Assembly (NCBI GenBank): GCA_964575865.1
Contig: CAZNSZ010000004.1
Location: 21,178-85,177, forward strand
From: an uncultured Bacteroides sp.
Lineage (GTDB): Bacteria > Bacteroidota > Bacteroidia > Bacteroidales > GCA-2748055
Length of the DNA stretch: 64,000 bases
Direction: 5' to 3'
Numbering within the stretch: the stretch's first letter is position 1; every line of letters starts with the position of its first letter. The position numbers were made by a program, and so were the translations under genes. Below are positions 60,711 to 64,000 of this stretch, one piece after another. The notes beneath the pieces were generated by a model, which worked only from the letters and a program-made list of their open reading frames with translations, was not told where the DNA came from and did no database searches.

Positions 60711-62483
60711 ATGAAAGCGCATTCGAATAAAAGGACACTCTGGTTGTCGGCTGGATCATTATTGATCGCCGCACTGTTTATTCTCATGGCCGGCGGATCC
60801 ATTATCCGGGATTTGTTAAGTCAATATTACCTGCCTGAGATCTCGAGAAAACAACTTGAAGGCGGGAAATATATGGAAACCCATGATTACATGGAAGAAG
60901 GCGTATTCAACTGTTCCATTGAATGGACCTATCAAGTCACCGGGTATTATGATGCGCATCTGAGGTGGCATGGATTGGTGAGAATTGAGAAGTATATGAA
61001 AAGAGGAGATGGAAAAAGCGAACTGGTTTATACTGAAGAGGTTATGATGGTGCATGGCAAACGTGACGGCCTGAGCACCACCACCTACCAGGGCGGAACC
61101 GTATCCTATAAGGTTTACAACATGGGCCACGAGGTCGAAGGAGCAGGAGGATCAAAAAAGGCCTCTGCAATTTCTTCCTTTCACATTCTGGATGCAGGAT
61201 TCTCCTGGCAGAAGTTGATGTTTAATGGATCCGGTTTTGATGACCTGTTTCTCCAGGCATACCTGGATACTTTTGATCTTCTCTTAAACAATTATGAGGT
61301 GGGGATGGAGGCCTTGGATTCCATATATGGGGAGGTGGAAGACCTTCTGGATGACAGCCGGTTCGACAGCCTTCACAGGGTGAATATTAATTTTTTCTCC
61401 TTTATCAATGGAATGGAAGAGTTGAAAAACACGGAATTCAGGTTATCTGTGATCGACCAGTATCGGACGGGCAGGGAGACTTTGTTCGAAGTCACCGAGA
61501 ATACCTATCCGAATTATTTGAGTTCACTCGAAGAGCAAGGTGTCGGCAGGGGCGAATTTGAGGAATTCAGCACCGTATTTGACAGTTGCATGCTGAGTTA
61601 CGGGCCGGTGGATACCACCGATATGCTGACATTCACTGACAGTGTGGATACCCGGATCTACAGGGCACTTACTGCCATATATTCTTCGGGCCAGGCCAAG
61701 TCAGCCGCTGCGGCCCTGGTTGACCAGGTATTCCGGGAAGGGAAAATGGAACCTCTGGCAAAAAAATCAATCCCTGAAGGGACCACCCCGCCGGATGTGG
61801 CAGAGGTCATTATCTATGACCTGATGTACAGGTACCTGGAAGGGAATGTCTTCCGGAAGTGCATCCTCAAAGCCTGGGCCATCAACCATGACATTGTTCT
61901 TCTCCCCACCGTGACCACCCGGGTTGAGGATATTCCCTCGGCCACCGGCGTTACCATTACAGGTCATGTCCTTGAAGACGGCGGGGCCGCGGTTACCTCC
62001 CGGGGCATCGTGTGGGCAGCGCATTATGATCCGACGACAGGGGATCAGATGGTCTCCGCGGGTTCGGGAACGGGAGCCTTTACAGCGGATGTGGAGGGCC
62101 TGACCGAAGGGAAGACCTATTATGCCAGGACCTTTGCCATCAACCAGGCCGGGGTGGCCTACGGCAACTGCATTTCCTTTACCCCCTCAGCGGCCGGCCC
62201 CTCCGGCTTGCAGCAGGTGCCGGAAGAGGATTTGCGGCTCTTCCCCAATCCCGCATCAGGTGCGGTCCATATTGCTACCCGGCCGGACTGGATGAAAGGT
62301 TCAACCCTGGTGATCATCCAGATAAACGGACAGGTGGCCCATCAGGAGAATACTGAGTCGATGGTCAGGACCGGTAACCGCCTGGAGGTGGATCTCTCCG
62401 GCCTGGATCCCGGCAGTTATGTGGTCCAGCTTCGCAAAGGAAAAAGGATACTGGCTTCACGCGTATTGCTGGTCGTTCATTAG
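60711..62483 (+). CDS. secreted protein with a T9SS type-A C-terminal sorting domain
   Basis: ATG at 60711 (alternative at 60672). N-terminal hydrophobic signal/anchor LWLSAGSLLIAALFILMAG. MORN/YwqK-like strand repeats near the N-terminus, then a helical middle and an Ig-like domain. The final ~80 aa LRLFPNPASGAVHI...GSYVVQLRKGKRILASRVLLVVH form a type-A CTD. Confidence 0.7.
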   Translation: MKAHSNKRTLWLSAGSLLIAALFILMAGGSIIRDLLSQYYLPEISRKQLEGGKYMETHDYMEEGVFNCSIEWTYQVTGYYDAHLRWHGLVRIEKYMKRGDGKSELVYTEEVMMVHGKRDGLSTTTYQGGTVSYKVYNMGHEVEGAGGSKKASAISSFHILDAGFSWQKLMFNGSGFDDLFLQAYLDTFDLLLNNYEVGMEALDSIYGEVEDLLDDSRFDSLHRVNINFFSFINGMEELKNTEFRLSVIDQYRTGRETLFEVTENTYPNYLSSLEEQGVGRGEFEEFSTVFDSCMLSYGPVDTTDMLTFTDSVDTRIYRALTAIYSSGQAKSAAAALVDQVFREGKMEPLAKKSIPEGTTPPDVAEVIIYDLMYRYLEGNVFRKCILKAWAINHDIVLLPTVTTRVEDIPSATGVTITGHVLEDGGAAVTSRGIVWAAHYDPTTGDQMVSAGSGTGAFTADVEGLTEGKTYYARTFAINQAGVAYGNCISFTPSAAGPSGLQQVPEEDLRLFPNPASGAVHIATRPDWMKGSTLVIIQINGQVAHQENTESMVRTGNRLEVDLSGLDPGSYVVQLRKGKRILASRVLLVVH

Positions 62484-62491
62484 CCGCGAAT

Positions 62492-64000
62492 TCAGAAACT
62501 GTAGCGCAGGCTGATAAAAACGCTCCTTCCCATCTCATCCACCCCGGACCCATGGGTCCGGTAGGCCTTGTCGAACAGATTGAGCAGGCCCGTTTGCAGG
62601 TGGAATCCGGCCAGCCTGTACCCCGCCCTGAGATTGAACACGTGCCAGCCGGGGGTCCCTCCCTCCGGGATGCGCGGATCATCCACATCGCCTGAGCTCA
62701 GACGATCCTGCATGGCGGCAAATTGCCACTCAGGGATGAGTTCCAGGTCCCTGAACACTTCCCAATGGATACCCACAAGCCCGTTCAGCGGGGGGATCCG
62801 CCGCAGGGGTTCATCGCCGGTTATGTTCTGGCCGTAGGTATAGACCAGGAAGGACCGGACCGTCAGGAACCGGAACGGATTGAACTCCAGCTGACCCTCC
62901 ATGCCCCGGATAGCGGCCCTGCCCGCATTCTCCCTGGTATAGACCTTTACCCCGTCTATGGAATCCTGACCCAGGTAGGTGGATTTCACATTGACCACCA
63001 AATCCTTCAGCCCGTTGTGGTAGAGGTAAAGCGCCGCAGTGAAATGTTTCTGCTTCGTTCTGATGCCCACTTCCTTGTTCAGTGCCTTTTCGGGTGCAAG
63101 ATCAAAATTGGGCACCTCGTACCTGAAATCTGCGATCCCGAAACTGGAGACATCATTGATGTTGGGCGCCCTGAATGAAGAGTTCAGTGAAAAGGAGAGA
63201 TCGGTGTTCCGGAGTATCTGGTAAGCTGCTGACAGGTTCCCCACCAGGGCATCCGGCTTCAGGGAGAGGTCCCCAAACAGTTCATCGGAAAGCCCCAGGA
63301 TAAAATGGTTGTAACGGAGCCCGCCGTTGAACCTCCACCTCCCCATGGAAAGAGAGTGGAGGGAAAACACCGAAAGGTTGCTGATGAAAGCATTATCCGG
63401 GTAGAGCCCCCGCATGGACGCTTCAATTCCTGATCCCGGATCGGTTGACAGGGACCGGGAGTGGACCCGGTCAAAATACCACTCGAAACCATTCACGCTG
63501 CTCCAGTTCCTGTCATTCCCCAGCACAAGGTCCATCCCGAATCCATAGGAATTCACCCGGTCCTGTTCCTCAAGAAATTCGTCGCTTCCGGCTTTTTGTT
63601 TTTTCCTGGTCTCGTCGGACCGGTGGAGGGAAAGGGTGGTCCGGATCCCTTTCCACCATCCCCTGTCCTGCTCGAACTCATGGCGCACGTAGAGCAGGTC
63701 CCTCACCTGTGGATCAAAGGCATAGGTATTGTATTCACCGGTGACCAGCTTGTGGTAGAGCTGGACATCGTTCTGCCGGTGGTGCTGCCACGCCAGGGTC
63801 AGGGTCTGTTCCTGATTCAGCCGGATCGCTGCTTTCACATCGGCGGAATACTCGTTGTAACTGGTATGATCCAGTTCTCCCAGATCCCCTCCTGCATGGA
63901 TGTTCCCGAAGATCTTCCTTGAAAAGCCAGCACGCACGGCCAGCTTTTCCGAAGAAACCTGCAACTGCGCCCTTCCTGTTTTTTCCATGCCATGGCTCAG
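62492..64000 (-). CDS. TonB-dependent receptor, C-terminal barrel portion (5' end beyond the window)
   Basis: The frame stays open to position 64000. Long alternating beta-strand pattern with a terminal ...VFISLRYSF (C-terminal Phe), typical of TonB-dependent receptor barrels. Confidence 0.8.
   Translation of the reverse strand: MSHGMEKTGRAQLQVSSEKLAVRAGFSRKIFGNIHAGGDLGELDHTSYNEYSADVKAAIRLNQEQTLTLAWQHHRQNDVQLYHKLVTGEYNTYAFDPQVRDLLYVRHEFEQDRGWWKGIRTTLSLHRSDETRKKQKAGSDEFLEEQDRVNSYGFGMDLVLGNDRNWSSVNGFEWYFDRVHSRSLSTDPGSGIEASMRGLYPDNAFISNLSVFSLHSLSMGRWRFNGGLRYNHFILGLSDELFGDLSLKPDALVGNLSAAYQILRNTDLSFSLNSSFRAPNINDVSSFGIADFRYEVPNFDLAPEKALNKEVGIRTKQKHFTAALYLYHNGLKDLVVNVKSTYLGQDSIDGVKVYTRENAGRAAIRGMEGQLEFNPFRFLTVRSFLVYTYGQNITGDEPLRRIPPLNGLVGIHWEVFRDLELIPEWQFAAMQDRLSSGDVDDPRIPEGGTPGWHVFNLRAGYRLAGFHLQTGLLNLFDKAYRTHGSGVDEMGRSVFISLRYSF

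Overview
Gene-dense 64-kb chromosomal segment with about 50 protein-coding genes and no spacer longer than ~240 nt. I assign it to the phylum Bacteroidota. It encodes the type IX secretion (T9SS) / gliding-motility core operon porP-gldK-gldL-gldM-gldN (27225-33163, minus strand) and gldA. It also encodes a 1650-aa SprB-repeat surface protein with a type-B T9SS C-terminal domain (CTD), followed by its own PorP/SprF gene, and a type-A CTD cargo protein. Bacteroidota-type lipoprotein families and several exact TAnnTTTG -7 promoter boxes support the assignment. The rest is housekeeping: metK, ribE, asnS, trpS, metG, rpoN, rbfA, ung, topA, PBP1A, radA, panCD, glmS, gnd, an MlaEF-like ABC pair, and a six-gene nucleotide-sugar block (rfbB, galE, wbpA/B/D/E-like). 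I saw no rRNA, tRNA, CRISPR array, transposase, integrase, phage gene or recognisable defence system. I moved several ORF-track starts to internal ATGs, because the track accepts GTG/TTG starts and creates N-terminal extensions that overlap neighbouring genes. The many 300-500-aa ORFs antisense to real genes are codon-aligned shadow ORFs and were rejected. Five things are not explained by routine annotation: (1) an 8-copy in-phase heptanucleotide array (GTTAGNN) that fills the usp-gldA spacer, with a 2-copy echo in the metK-ribE spacer; (2) a metK leader bracketed by a 10-bp inverted repeat; (3) an uncharacterised two-gene envelope module, a TM-anchored 919-aa propeller-like protein plus a 496-aa predicted outer-membrane barrel; (4) an arginase-fold protein beside the T9SS operon whose metal-ligand motifs look substituted; (5) a Wbp-type sugar pathway with no transferase partner in the window. 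All family assignments come from reading motifs by eye and none was checked against a database.
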